The notes below the pieces were generated by a model. That model was not told where the DNA came from, made no database searches, and saw nothing but the letters and a program-made list of their open reading frames with translations. A stretch of DNA of 64,000 nt, from positions 49,317-113,316 of the forward strand of contig JADFVZ010000061.1 of assembly GCA_015222805.1 (NCBI GenBank), in the 5' to 3' direction. Below are positions 19,643-28,664 of the stretch, in pieces. The position numbers were made by a program, and so were the translations under genes. This DNA comes from Pseudomonadota bacterium. GTDB lineage: Bacteria > Pseudomonadota > Gammaproteobacteria > Xanthomonadales > SZUA-36. The first letter of the stretch is position 1; each line of letters opens with the position of its first letter.

Positions 19643-20598
19643 ATGCGGTGATGATCAGCTTCCATAACGGCCACGGAGGCGAGAATATCTGCTGATAGTT
19701 GTTCGGCGGTATTATCCGAATTATCGATATTGTTACTATGGATCAGGCGGTGGTGGCATAGGTTCAGGAACACCCGCTGTATATCTTCCGGCAAACAGTA
19801 ATCCCGTCCCGAGAGGACCGCAATCGCACTGGCGCAGTGCATTAAGGCCAGGCCGGCGCGTGGTGATAAACCGCTCTTCAAGCCCGGCCATTCGCGGCTT
19901 GCACTGAGTAATGCCTGCAGGTAGTTCAATAATTCTTCGGAACGAAATACATCGCGGGTTTGCTGTTGCAGGCTGGCAAGATCCGAGGTTTGTAATACTG
20001 CAGTTAACTGTTTCAGCATCACTTGCCGGTCTGTACCTGCCAGTAACTTTCGTTCTTCATCAGGGGCAGGGTAACCCAGGCTTATACTCAGCAAAAAACG
20101 ATCCAGCTGTGAGTCAGGCAGGGGGAAGGTACCGGCTGTATCCAGAGGGTTCTGGGTGGCGATAACAAAAAAGGGTTGCGGCAGCTCGCGGGTTTTTCCG
20201 TCGACGGTAACCTGGTTTTCTGCCATCGCTTCCAGCAGAGCGCTCTGGGTCTTGGGTGTGCCGCGGTTAATTTCATCCGCAAGGATAAGCTGGTTGAATA
20301 CGGGTCCCGGATGAAACTCGAAACTATCGCTTTGCCGCTGGTAGATGGAAACACCGACAATGTCGGCCGGCAGCATATCACTGGTAAACTGAATCCGCTG
20401 CCAGCTGGTACCAAGGGTAATAGCCAGGGTATGCGCCAGGGTGGTTTTCCCAACACCTGGGATATCTTCAATTAGCAAATGACCGCCGGCAAGCAGGCAG
20501 GCAAATGCAGTTTCAACGGCTTCGCGCTTGCCAACAATAAGCTGGTTAACCTGGGCTTGCGCCTGCTGCAGGCGATGGAAAAGGCTGGTGTCGCTCAT
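19639..20598 (-). CDS. MoxR-family AAA+ ATPase
   Basis: 319 aa with Walker A EDIPGVGKTTLA and Walker B LILADEINR, plus VIATQNP. Confidence 0.9.
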   Translation of the reverse strand: MSDTSLFHRLQQAQAQVNQLIVGKREAVETAFACLLAGGHLLIEDIPGVGKTTLAHTLAITLGTSWQRIQFTSDMLPADIVGVSIYQRQSDSFEFHPGPVFNQLILADEINRGTPKTQSALLEAMAENQVTVDGKTRELPQPFFVIATQNPLDTAGTFPLPDSQLDRFLLSISLGYPAPDEERKLLAGTDRQVMLKQLTAVLQTSDLASLQQQTRDVFRSEELLNYLQALLSASREWPGLKSGLSPRAGLALMHCASAIAVLSGRDYCLPEDIQRVFLNLCHHRLIHSNNIDNSDNTAEQLSADILASVAVMEADHHRI

Positions 20599-20933
20599 TC
20601 CTCCAGCAACTTTCCGGTTTTAGCTGCACAGATAAAGTCATTTTCAGTCAAGCCTCCAGCATCGTGGGTAGTCCAGCTGACTTTGCAAAAGTTATAACCG
20701 GCACTGAAGTCAGGGTGATGGCCCTCCTGGTTAGCAATCCAGGCCATGGCGTTAATAAAGGACATGGTTTTGAAAAAACCTTTGAAGCGAAATGTACGCT
20801 GCAGGCTTTTACCGTCTGCGCTGATTTCCCAGTCCGCAACCTGGGACATTAATTCTCCCACTTTCTCAGCTTCCAGCATACCAATGCCACCTTCACAGGC
20901 AACGCAGTGTTTATCGGTTAACGCTTCACTCAT
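20595..20933 (-). CDS. phhB: Pterin-4-alpha-carbinolamine dehydratase
   Basis: 112 aa with the EGHHPD active-site motif. Lies directly downstream of phhA. Confidence 0.92.
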   Translation of the reverse strand: MSEALTDKHCVACEGGIGMLEAEKVGELMSQVADWEISADGKSLQRTFRFKGFFKTMSFINAMAWIANQEGHHPDFSAGYNFCKVSWTTHDAGGLTENDFICAAKTGKLLEE

Positions 20934-20949
20934 AATTTAGTCCTTTTAC

Positions 20950-21747
20950 TTATGCTGATTTTTCTTTAGGTGGAAATGTCGGTGAGAACTCACCGAGTTG
21001 TTTGGCTTTCTGCAGTAATCCGGCAAGGTCTTCACGTGCCAGTGCGAACAGGTCATCCATCTGTTGCAATACGTAATAAACAGTCTGGAAAATATCGATT
21101 CTGTAGGGGGTTCGCAAAACATCCAGGGTATCGAAATCGCGTCTGTCCGGTATTTCACTTTCAAGTGCGTAAACAGATTCACCCGGGGATGAATTAATCC
21201 CGCCGCCATATACGCGTAACCCTGCCGGAGTTTTAACCAGTCCGAATTCCACGGTAAACCAGTAGAGGCGTGCCAGCAATACTCGGTCTGTCTTACTGGC
21301 TTTGAGGCCGGCAATACCGTAGGCATGGGTGAAATCAGCAAAGGCCGGAAGGGTCAGCATAGTGGCATGACCAAAAAGTTCATGGAATATATCAGGTTCC
21401 TGCAGGTACTCCATTTCATCTACACTGCGAATAAAAGAAGCTGCAGGAAAGCGGCGTTCGGCAAGCATACTGAAAAACTGCTGGAAACCAATCAGCGCCG
21501 GTACCGGTTCCACGATCCAGCCGGTCCGTTGATGGAGAACCCGGGAGACATCCCCGGTTTGCGGAATATGGTCCCGGGGAAGTTTAAGGATATCCAGTCC
21601 ATCGAGGAAGTCCTGACAGGCGCGTCCATCGACAATTTTCATCTGCCGGTCAATTAATTCTGCCCAGATGGCATGCTCATGATCCGAATAATGGATCAGA
21701 CCATTTTCATCCGGATGTTTGGCAATATATTTGCTTTGCTTTCCCAT
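20950..21747 (-). CDS. phhA: Phenylalanine 4-monooxygenase
   Basis: 265 aa. Bacterial aromatic amino-acid hydroxylase with iron ligands in EPDIFHELFGH and a downstream E. Confidence 0.92.
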   Translation of the reverse strand: MGKQSKYIAKHPDENGLIHYSDHEHAIWAELIDRQMKIVDGRACQDFLDGLDILKLPRDHIPQTGDVSRVLHQRTGWIVEPVPALIGFQQFFSMLAERRFPAASFIRSVDEMEYLQEPDIFHELFGHATMLTLPAFADFTHAYGIAGLKASKTDRVLLARLYWFTVEFGLVKTPAGLRVYGGGINSSPGESVYALESEIPDRRDFDTLDVLRTPYRIDIFQTVYYVLQQMDDLFALAREDLAGLLQKAKQLGEFSPTFPPKEKSA

Positions 21748-21819
21748 CTTAATGACTGACCTTAATATGTTAGATTAGTGTCAACATTATATCAGACCTT
21801 CTAAATCAAACTTAATTCT

Positions 21820-23130
21820 ATGACTGACAAACTTGCTGCGATTATTAATGCCGACCAGGCTAATAGCTGGTATCGCCACAGCCTGGAAACAGCGTTTTCT
21901 TCGACCTCTGCACCGGTGAATACACAAACAAAGGTTTGTGTCGTCGGGGCGGGGTTTGCCGGCCTGGCAGCAGCTACCGGCCTGCATGAGCGCGGCTTTG
22001 ATGATGTGGTTGTGGTTGAAGCAGGGGAGGTCGGGCATGGTGCTTCCGGCCGCAACGGCGGATTTATTTTTGGCGGTTACTCGCTCTCGCCACAAGCGCT
22101 GGTACGGCAACAAGGTGTGTTCAGGGCCAGGGAGATGTATCAGTTAACTACCACTGCTGTAGAACTGATCAGGCAGCGGGTTGCGCAATACCAACTGGAT
22201 TGTCAGTTCCATGATGCCGGAGTGATGCTAGCTGACTGGTTTGATCGCCCCGATAAACTGCATAAGGAAATGCAGTTTATGAATCAGTCCATGGGTGCTA
22301 ACTGGGAGTTCGTACCCCGGTCGCAATTGTGTCGGCAGTTGGAAACCGACCGTTATTATGATGGCTTGCTGGAAACAGATGCGGCTCATTTTCACCCGCT
22401 GGCCTATGCTACGGGCCTGGCAAAAGTGCTCGATAATGCCGGCATCCCAGTGTGGCAGCATTGCCCGGTAACCAGTATCCAGCGAGATGGAAATCGTTGG
22501 TGTGTTAAAGCCGGTGAGGTGGAAGTCATCGCGGATCAAGTGGTACTGGCCTGTGGTGGTTACCAGCAAATCTTGAAGGCCAAACCACGACAGGCAATTT
22601 TACCAATTTCCACCTACATCATGGTTACCGAGCGCTTACCTGAATTACTGCCAAAATTGATACGTCCAGCGTGGGCGGTTTATGACACCCGGTTTGCCTT
22701 CGATTATTACCGGCCGTTGCCAGACCAGCGCCTGCTGTGGGGTGGGCGTATAACGGTTCGTGATCCGGATGTAAAAACGATCGAAAAACGCCTGCGTGCA
22801 GATATGGCCCGGGTATTCCCCGCGCTTGCCAATGTGAAAGCCGACTATGTATGGTCCGGTCTTATGGGTTATCCACGACATGAAATGCCAATGATTGGGG
22901 AGAGCGAGCCGGGTTTGTGGCACCTGACCGGTTTCGGTGGTCATGGCGTTGCACCAACTACAGCAATAGGGGATTTGCTTGCCGCGGCTATCAGTGAGAA
23001 CGACAAGCGCTACCAGTGGTTTAAACAATATGATTTAAAGTCGGTATTTGGTGCGGCCGGACTGATTGCCGCTCAATTGAATTACTGGTACTTGCAAACC
23101 CGGGACTATTGGCGCGACCCGCAGCGTTAG
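21820..23130 (+). CDS. FAD-dependent oxidoreductase (DAO family, gamma-glutamylputrescine-oxidase-like)
   Basis: 436 aa with dinucleotide motif VCVVGAGFAGLAAA and a C-terminal GFGGHGV. Confidence 0.75.
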   Translation: MTDKLAAIINADQANSWYRHSLETAFSSTSAPVNTQTKVCVVGAGFAGLAAATGLHERGFDDVVVVEAGEVGHGASGRNGGFIFGGYSLSPQALVRQQGVFRAREMYQLTTTAVELIRQRVAQYQLDCQFHDAGVMLADWFDRPDKLHKEMQFMNQSMGANWEFVPRSQLCRQLETDRYYDGLLETDAAHFHPLAYATGLAKVLDNAGIPVWQHCPVTSIQRDGNRWCVKAGEVEVIADQVVLACGGYQQILKAKPRQAILPISTYIMVTERLPELLPKLIRPAWAVYDTRFAFDYYRPLPDQRLLWGGRITVRDPDVKTIEKRLRADMARVFPALANVKADYVWSGLMGYPRHEMPMIGESEPGLWHLTGFGGHGVAPTTAIGDLLAAAISENDKRYQWFKQYDLKSVFGAAGLIAAQLNYWYLQTRDYWRDPQR

Positions 23131-23156
23131 AAAAGGAAAATTATGGTAAGAATAAT

Positions 23157-24284
23157 ATGACAGAAAAAATCAGCAAATCAGCGTTGATCCTACCCGGAGG
23201 TGGTGCCCGCGGCTCCTATCAGGTCGGGGTAGTCAAAGGTATTGCTGAAATCCTGGGGGCGGATAATAACCCGTTTCCGGTAATTTGCGGCACTTCAGCC
23301 GGAGCAATCAATGCTGCTGTGCTTGCCAGCCATGCCGACAACTTCCAGCATGGCATCAATCGCCTGGAACAGTTCTGGGGCGGCCTGCAGTGTAGCGATA
23401 TTTATCGTACAGACAGTCTGAACATTATCAAAACCATGTCCCGCCTGGTGGCCTCAGTACTGTTTGGTGGCTTCGGTGTAAACGCCCCGCAAAGTTTGCT
23501 GGATAACACACCCCTCAATCATTTACTGCATCGATCCTTACGCCTTCAGGGCATAGACCGAAGTATTCACAGTGGTGACCTTGATGCGGTTTCAGTTACA
23601 GCTTCTGCCTATACTTCCGCCAATGCCATCAGTTTTTATCAGGGCAAAAGCGGCATCCACAATTGGCAACGCAGCCGTCGTAAGGGCGTTGCAGAGACAC
23701 TGCAGGTGAAACACATACTGGCATCATCGGCATTGCCATTCCTGTTTCCTGCACAATGCATAGGTACCCAGTATTTTGGTGATGGCGGCCTGCGCATGGT
23801 CGCACCCCTGGGACCGGCCATCCACCTGGGTGCTACTAAGATTCTTATAGTGGGAACACGTGACCGGCAATCAATACCGGAACCCCAAACATTAGTAGAT
23901 TATCCATCACTGGGTGAGTTGGGCGGCTATATGCTGGACACCATCTTCATGGACAACCTGGATGCAGACCTTTCCCGCTTGTTGCGCATTAACCGCACGC
24001 TAGCGTTATTGAACACAGAGCAGAAAAAACAGACCGGCCTTCGACAGATTGAAACATATGTCATCAGGCCATCAGAAGATGTGCGTGAAATCACCCGGCA
24101 ACATGCGAATGCCATCCCCCGCAGCGTACGTCTGTTACTTAAATCGGTCGGCGGCTGGGGCAAAGACTGGCGGATGCCAAGCTACCTGTTGTTTGAATCA
24201 GAATACACCAGGGCGCTGATGGACTTGGGGTATCGTGATGCGCTTTCACAGGCTGAGGATATACAGGCTTTTTTTGCTAAATAA
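23157..24284 (+). CDS. Patatin-like phospholipase
   Basis: Oxyanion GGGARG, nucleophile GTSAGA and catalytic DGG motifs. The longest ORF (TTG 23109) overlaps the upstream gene; I prefer ATG 23157. Confidence 0.88.
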   Translation: MTEKISKSALILPGGGARGSYQVGVVKGIAEILGADNNPFPVICGTSAGAINAAVLASHADNFQHGINRLEQFWGGLQCSDIYRTDSLNIIKTMSRLVASVLFGGFGVNAPQSLLDNTPLNHLLHRSLRLQGIDRSIHSGDLDAVSVTASAYTSANAISFYQGKSGIHNWQRSRRKGVAETLQVKHILASSALPFLFPAQCIGTQYFGDGGLRMVAPLGPAIHLGATKILIVGTRDRQSIPEPQTLVDYPSLGELGGYMLDTIFMDNLDADLSRLLRINRTLALLNTEQKKQTGLRQIETYVIRPSEDVREITRQHANAIPRSVRLLLKSVGGWGKDWRMPSYLLFESEYTRALMDLGYRDALSQAEDIQAFFAK

Positions 24285-24457
24285 AGTAATACGAAACTAG
24301 TTGGTGAGAGGTATTTATGTGTGCAAAAGTGGTATTAGATCACGCGCGACTCTTTGTGGTGCGCCCAGCGTGTTAAAACCCTAATGTTTTAGTTATGCGG
24401 CGCGGCTTGCCACGTCCGGCGGAGGGCTGTAGACCCGGAACGAACTTGAACGATTTA

Positions 24458-25165
24458 TTATGTGTTTTTTGCAAGTCTGATTTTAGAAACATTTGAATTG
24501 ATTAATTTTCTTACTATATATTTGTAAATAACCGCTTTTACCCCACCCAAGTTAGATCCATGCTCACGGTAGAATGAATCTGGATCATCAAACACACCAA
24601 AGTCATTATTGATTCCGTTTTTTTGGATATATGTATCAGCACCATTCCAGTCTATTTTAGGGTTTTTAAAATCTGAAGTGGCAACTCCATATCCACAAAA
24701 GGACCCATCAATATCAGGAAAATGACATTGGAGTTTACTCAGATATTCTTTGTCGAGAATAAAACCCTCTAAATTCAACCAATTCCCTTGATAGTAAACT
24801 TCTACCCAACTATGAATAATGCTAGTTGGCGCAAGCAAATAAGGTAAACCTGTAATTGCACCTTTTTGTAATTTCTTGTCTATGGTAAAACCATGGAAAC
24901 GGCAAGGAATTTCAACGCACCTAAGCAAAGCCATAAGTAAAGTGCCTTTCGTATTGCACTGACCGTAGCCATCATTCAGAACCGCTGAAGCTGGTATTTC
25001 ATCAGTTTCGTTGTAACCAAAAGTAATATCGTTTTGGACGAAATCATAAGCTGAACCAATTTTTTCATATTCAGAAAGATTTTTCCATTTCTGATTATTT
25101 ACCAACTTTGCAACATCAGGATGGCCAAAATCAAGTAGCTTGGTTTCATTTAAGTATTTTTCCAT
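24458..25165 (-). CDS. Transglutaminase-like (papain-fold) superfamily protein, AT-rich
   Basis: About 235 aa. GYGQCNTKGTLLMALLR (Cys nucleophile) and IHSWVEVY (His) match the transglutaminase-like core. Visibly AT-rich compared with its flanks. An alternative start at 25186 is possible. Confidence 0.65.
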   Translation of the reverse strand: MEKYLNETKLLDFGHPDVAKLVNNQKWKNLSEYEKIGSAYDFVQNDITFGYNETDEIPASAVLNDGYGQCNTKGTLLMALLRCVEIPCRFHGFTIDKKLQKGAITGLPYLLAPTSIIHSWVEVYYQGNWLNLEGFILDKEYLSKLQCHFPDIDGSFCGYGVATSDFKNPKIDWNGADTYIQKNGINNDFGVFDDPDSFYREHGSNLGGVKAVIYKYIVRKLINSNVSKIRLAKNT

Positions 25166-25500
25166 TGGTTTCCCTTTTATGCACATTACTTAGAATTAGG
25201 GGAAAAACCCGCATATCAAGCTTCTTTTCTGTATAAGAATGTTCATTCAATGCATCCTGCAAGTAATCTTATTGATTTGCAAGCATAAACCCATTTCAGG
25301 TTAATGAATAAAATGGATTTATACCAAGATTTGGCTGCCTGTTTCGATGGAATAACTCACTAATACTCGAGTAACTGGCTGATTTTGTTTTTATGTGAGG
25401 AGGTTTAGTCTGAAATAAATCATTTGGGGCAGGCTATGTCAAAATAGCCTTAGTTGAGGAGATGAGGAAGTTTTACCAGCAAGTGAAGAACAAACTGAGC

Positions 25501-26769
25501 TTAAACAACCTGCCCGCAACACCATCCTGATGCCCAGGCCCACTGGAAGTTATATCCACCCAGCCAGCCGGTGACGTCCAGGACTTCGCCGATAAAATAT
25601 AAGTCCTTTACCTGGTTTGTCTCAAAGGTTTTTGATGAGACTGCATTGGTATTGATTCCGCCCAGGGTGACTTCGGCTGTTTTGTAGCCGTCGGTATTGC
25701 TGGTCCTGGGTTGCCAGTGATGAAAGCTGTGAATGATTTCTTTACGCTGTTGAACTGAATATTGCCGAGCAGGGCGGTTGCCGAATGCTTGCAGCCACAA
25801 CTCAACCAGGCGTTTGGGCAGGTGCTGGTTAAGTTGAGTTGAGAGAAGGGTGTTTTGTCCTTCCCATTCAGTCCAGAGTTGTTCCAGGTTGGTGTCTGGC
25901 AGAAGATCGATTTCAAGTTGATCTCCCGCTTGCCAATAACTAGAGATTTGCAAAATGGCCGGGCCGCTTATGCCCTTATGGGTAAACAGCATGGATTCCT
26001 TGAATGATTGGCCGCTACAGCTAACAGTTACCGTTACAGACTGACCTGCAAGGTCACCCAGTGGCCCCTGCAAAGATTCATCCAGATGCAGGCCAACCAG
26101 GCCGGGTCGGGTTGGTATCAGGGGAATATTGAACTGAGTAGCCAGTTTGTAACCGAAACCGCTGGCACCCATGCGGGGAATCGACAAGCCACCCGTGGCA
26201 ATAACCAGACTTTGGGTGTTAATGCTTTGCTTGCCGTCAGGATCCTCAAGCTGCAGCCTGAAGCCTCCATCAGTAATATGGCTGATATTACTGCAATTTG
26301 CGTGGGCTTTAATCACAACACCGGCTGCAATACACTCTGCTTTCAGCATATCCAGGATGTCGGCTGATTTGTGATCGCAAAAGAGCTGTCCTGTTGCAAT
26401 GCTCTGGGTTTTTTCATGGTAAGGGATCTGATGTTTGTCTATCAGTTCCAGGAAGTCGAAAGGTGTATAACGGGCAAGCGCTGACTTGCAGAAATGCGGA
26501 TTACCGGACAGGTAATTTGCTGCGCTGACATCCAGGTTAGTAAAGTTGCAACGACCACCGCCAGACATCAGGATTTTTTTGCCAATTTTATTGGCATGGT
26601 CAACGAGCAGTACGCTACGGCCACGTTTGCCTGCTTCGATGGCACACATCAGTCCGGCAGCACCTGCGCCGATGATGACTACATCAGTTCCACTAACCGG
26701 GGTCGGAGTCAAATGTTTCACCTGCTTAGATGATTCACATGAGTTCCTGGGATTTGACTCCGACCCCAC
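25501..26769 (-). CDS. NAD(P)/FAD-dependent oxidoreductase, YhiN/HI0933 (BaiN-like) family
   Basis: DVVIIGAGAAGLMCA Rossmann motif and the C-terminal signature GEVLDVTGWLGGYNFQWAWASG. The GTG at 26769 gives an unusually long leader. A TTG at 26712, preceded by AGGTGA, is a plausible true start. Confidence 0.85.
   Translation of the reverse strand: MGSESNPRNSCESSKQVKHLTPTPVSGTDVVIIGAGAAGLMCAIEAGKRGRSVLLVDHANKIGKKILMSGGGRCNFTNLDVSAANYLSGNPHFCKSALARYTPFDFLELIDKHQIPYHEKTQSIATGQLFCDHKSADILDMLKAECIAAGVVIKAHANCSNISHITDGGFRLQLEDPDGKQSINTQSLVIATGGLSIPRMGASGFGYKLATQFNIPLIPTRPGLVGLHLDESLQGPLGDLAGQSVTVTVSCSGQSFKESMLFTHKGISGPAILQISSYWQAGDQLEIDLLPDTNLEQLWTEWEGQNTLLSTQLNQHLPKRLVELWLQAFGNRPARQYSVQQRKEIIHSFHHWQPRTSNTDGYKTAEVTLGGINTNAVSSKTFETNQVKDLYFIGEVLDVTGWLGGYNFQWAWASGWCCGQVV
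26699..26767 (-). repeat. Perfect 16-bp inverted repeat (stem) with a 37-nt loop at the PLP-enzyme/YhiN junction
   Basis: ggggtcggagtcaaat (26699-26714) is the exact reverse complement of atttgactccgacccc (26752-26767). It starts 5 nt after the upstream gene's TGA on the mRNA. No U-run follows, so it is not a terminator. Confidence 0.85.
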
Positions 26770-26772
26770 ATT

Positions 26773-28497
26773 TCAGTAGTCAAAAAACTGCAATTCTGCC
26801 AGCTCACCTTCGAGCTGATTGTTACAGCAATCGTCACCTTGTTCTGTGGCAAGTCCTTCGGCCAGTTGTTGGGCGCTGTCCAGGTTCTGGCGGTAATATT
26901 CAATTCGGGTGGCTGCTGGCAGGGCAAAAGGTTCCACCTGTGAAATATTCAGTGCGCAATCTACACTCAGGCAATCATTAAGTTCTACCTGGTCTTTATG
27001 CTGCCAGGCACCCGAACAGAGGTCGAAATCGTAGAGGCTGAGGAAACGATAGCCATGGTCAGCAAGGAATTCTACCGCTTCAATAATATAATCGACCTCA
27101 GCTGCATCCATGGTGTAGTGAAAACTGATACGGCACCAGCCGGGCTTGATTCCACCATAGCCTTCACGTACCCAGTGGCGATGTTTTTCGGATTCTTTCA
27201 GGTCGATACCCAGCAGGGTATGCCCATAAGGGCCTGCGCAGGAACAGCCCGCACGTGACTGGATGCCGAATAAATCATTTAACAGTGCAGTTAATAACTT
27301 GGGATGTAGGTAGCGTCCCCTGGGAGAGTGGATATTGAATGAAACAATTCCAACCCTTTTTTCAGGGTCTGTATTTCCCATGATTTCGATTTGCGGGTGC
27401 TCCATCCAGCGGGTAAATGCCTGCCGTAGCATTTTCTGCTCATATTCCTCAATGGTATCAGGGGTTATTTTATCTTTAATCTGGAAGGTCAGGGCGGCTT
27501 TAATCAGTTGTAATACCCCCGGTGTGCCGGGTTTTTCCCGTTCTTCAATATCGGCAATAAAATCCTGGTCCAGCGGGCTTACGTAATCTACCGTTCCGCC
27601 AGCAGCCAGTGTCGGTGGCAGGTCGCGGCGGTATAACTGCTGTTTGAATACCAGGATGCCGGATGAACCCGGTCCGCCAAGGAATTTATGCGGGGAGATA
27701 AAGACAGCATCAAGCCCCGAGTCTCCACCGTCAGGATCGAGTGGGGGGCTCATGTTGATTTCCACATAGGGCGCACTGGCAGCATAGTCAAAAACTGCCA
27801 TCGCATTGTGTTTATGTAATAGGCGGGCAATCTCGTGCACGGGTGAAATCCTGCCGGATACATTCGATGCCGCAGAAAATGAACCGATTCGAATACGTTT
27901 TAAATAACGCGAGTCTTGCAGTAATTCTTCAAGGTGCTGGAGGTCAATGCCGCCACTGGCATCCAGGTTTACTTCGACCACGGTTGCCATGCCCTGGCGC
28001 CAGGATATTTCATTGGAATGGTGTTCATAAGGGCCTACAAAGACCACAGGTTGATGCTGGCGGTGGTGTTCACGAAATGCATCGGCCTTTGTCTTGCCGA
28101 GGAAATCATCAAGGCAATGATTTAATTTTTCCCGACTGGCCGGGGCCAGGGAGATGCCGAGGATTTGCTGCAGCTTGTCGATTGCACCGGTCGCGCCTGT
28201 GCCATGGGCAATAATGCGTCCATCAGGTCCTGCATTGACAGATTTCTTGATCGCAGATTCTGCCTGGTGCAGCAGGCGGGTCATGCTGCGACCGGTAATA
28301 TCATCTTCGGTATGGGTATTGGCGTAGTTACGCTGCAGGGACTGCAGGTATTTTTCAACAAAGCTGAGGCAACGGCCGGATGCGGTGTAATCGCAATACA
28401 CCATCAAGCGCTCGCCAAAGGGGGTCTTAAAGCTTGAGTCTATGCCAATAATTTGTTGGCGAAGGAATTCTGGTGTTAGCTTGGTACTCATTAACAA
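26773..28497 (-). CDS. Aminotransferase class V-fold PLP-dependent enzyme (cysteine-desulfurase/selenocysteine-lyase-like) with a C-terminal extension
   Basis: 574 aa. Motifs HGTGATGA, FSAASNVSG and SPHKFLGGPGSSG (PLP lysine), plus a Cys-containing loop RAGCSCAGPYG. Confidence 0.75.
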   Translation of the reverse strand: MLMSTKLTPEFLRQQIIGIDSSFKTPFGERLMVYCDYTASGRCLSFVEKYLQSLQRNYANTHTEDDITGRSMTRLLHQAESAIKKSVNAGPDGRIIAHGTGATGAIDKLQQILGISLAPASREKLNHCLDDFLGKTKADAFREHHRQHQPVVFVGPYEHHSNEISWRQGMATVVEVNLDASGGIDLQHLEELLQDSRYLKRIRIGSFSAASNVSGRISPVHEIARLLHKHNAMAVFDYAASAPYVEINMSPPLDPDGGDSGLDAVFISPHKFLGGPGSSGILVFKQQLYRRDLPPTLAAGGTVDYVSPLDQDFIADIEEREKPGTPGVLQLIKAALTFQIKDKITPDTIEEYEQKMLRQAFTRWMEHPQIEIMGNTDPEKRVGIVSFNIHSPRGRYLHPKLLTALLNDLFGIQSRAGCSCAGPYGHTLLGIDLKESEKHRHWVREGYGGIKPGWCRISFHYTMDAAEVDYIIEAVEFLADHGYRFLSLYDFDLCSGAWQHKDQVELNDCLSVDCALNISQVEPFALPAATRIEYYRQNLDSAQQLAEGLATEQGDDCCNNQLEGELAELQFFDY

Positions 28498-28664
28498 TGC
28501 CCGGGTTAGTGATTTAAAATGCCGTGGTCATTATACTCTTGTAAACAAAGGTGAATTAAAGCTGTTTGCGATATGATGAAAATTCATTGTAAATGTTTTT
28601 ATGATTCGGAAATACACAGGTCTGATATGCGTGGCATTAACCTCGTATTTGCTGGCTGTATGAG

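Noticed and set aside
16627-20598. The MoxR-DUF58-transglutaminase module, considered as a novel conflict or defence system.
   Set aside because: This triad is a widespread, already recognised housekeeping-type module (TgpA in Pseudomonas). Only its coupling to phhAB is reported as a finding.
23157-24284. The patatin-like phospholipase, considered as the effector of a CBASS-type defence system.
   Set aside because: No cyclic-nucleotide synthase, E1/E2/JAB or other defence-associated gene is adjacent. Its neighbours are an FAD oxidoreductase and an AT-rich islet.
24340-24445. The GC-rich patch downstream of the transglutaminase-like ORF, considered as an integron attC site, a tRNA fragment or a relic of the yhiN 3' end.
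   Set aside because: It shares a 12-mer (gcggcgcggctt) with my recollection of an aadA attC. However, I could find no RYYYAAC / GTTRRRY core pair in either orientation and no extended imperfect palindrome. There is no tRNA T-arm signature. The spacing of its similarities to the yhiN 3' end is inconsistent. I kept it only as part of the islet finding.
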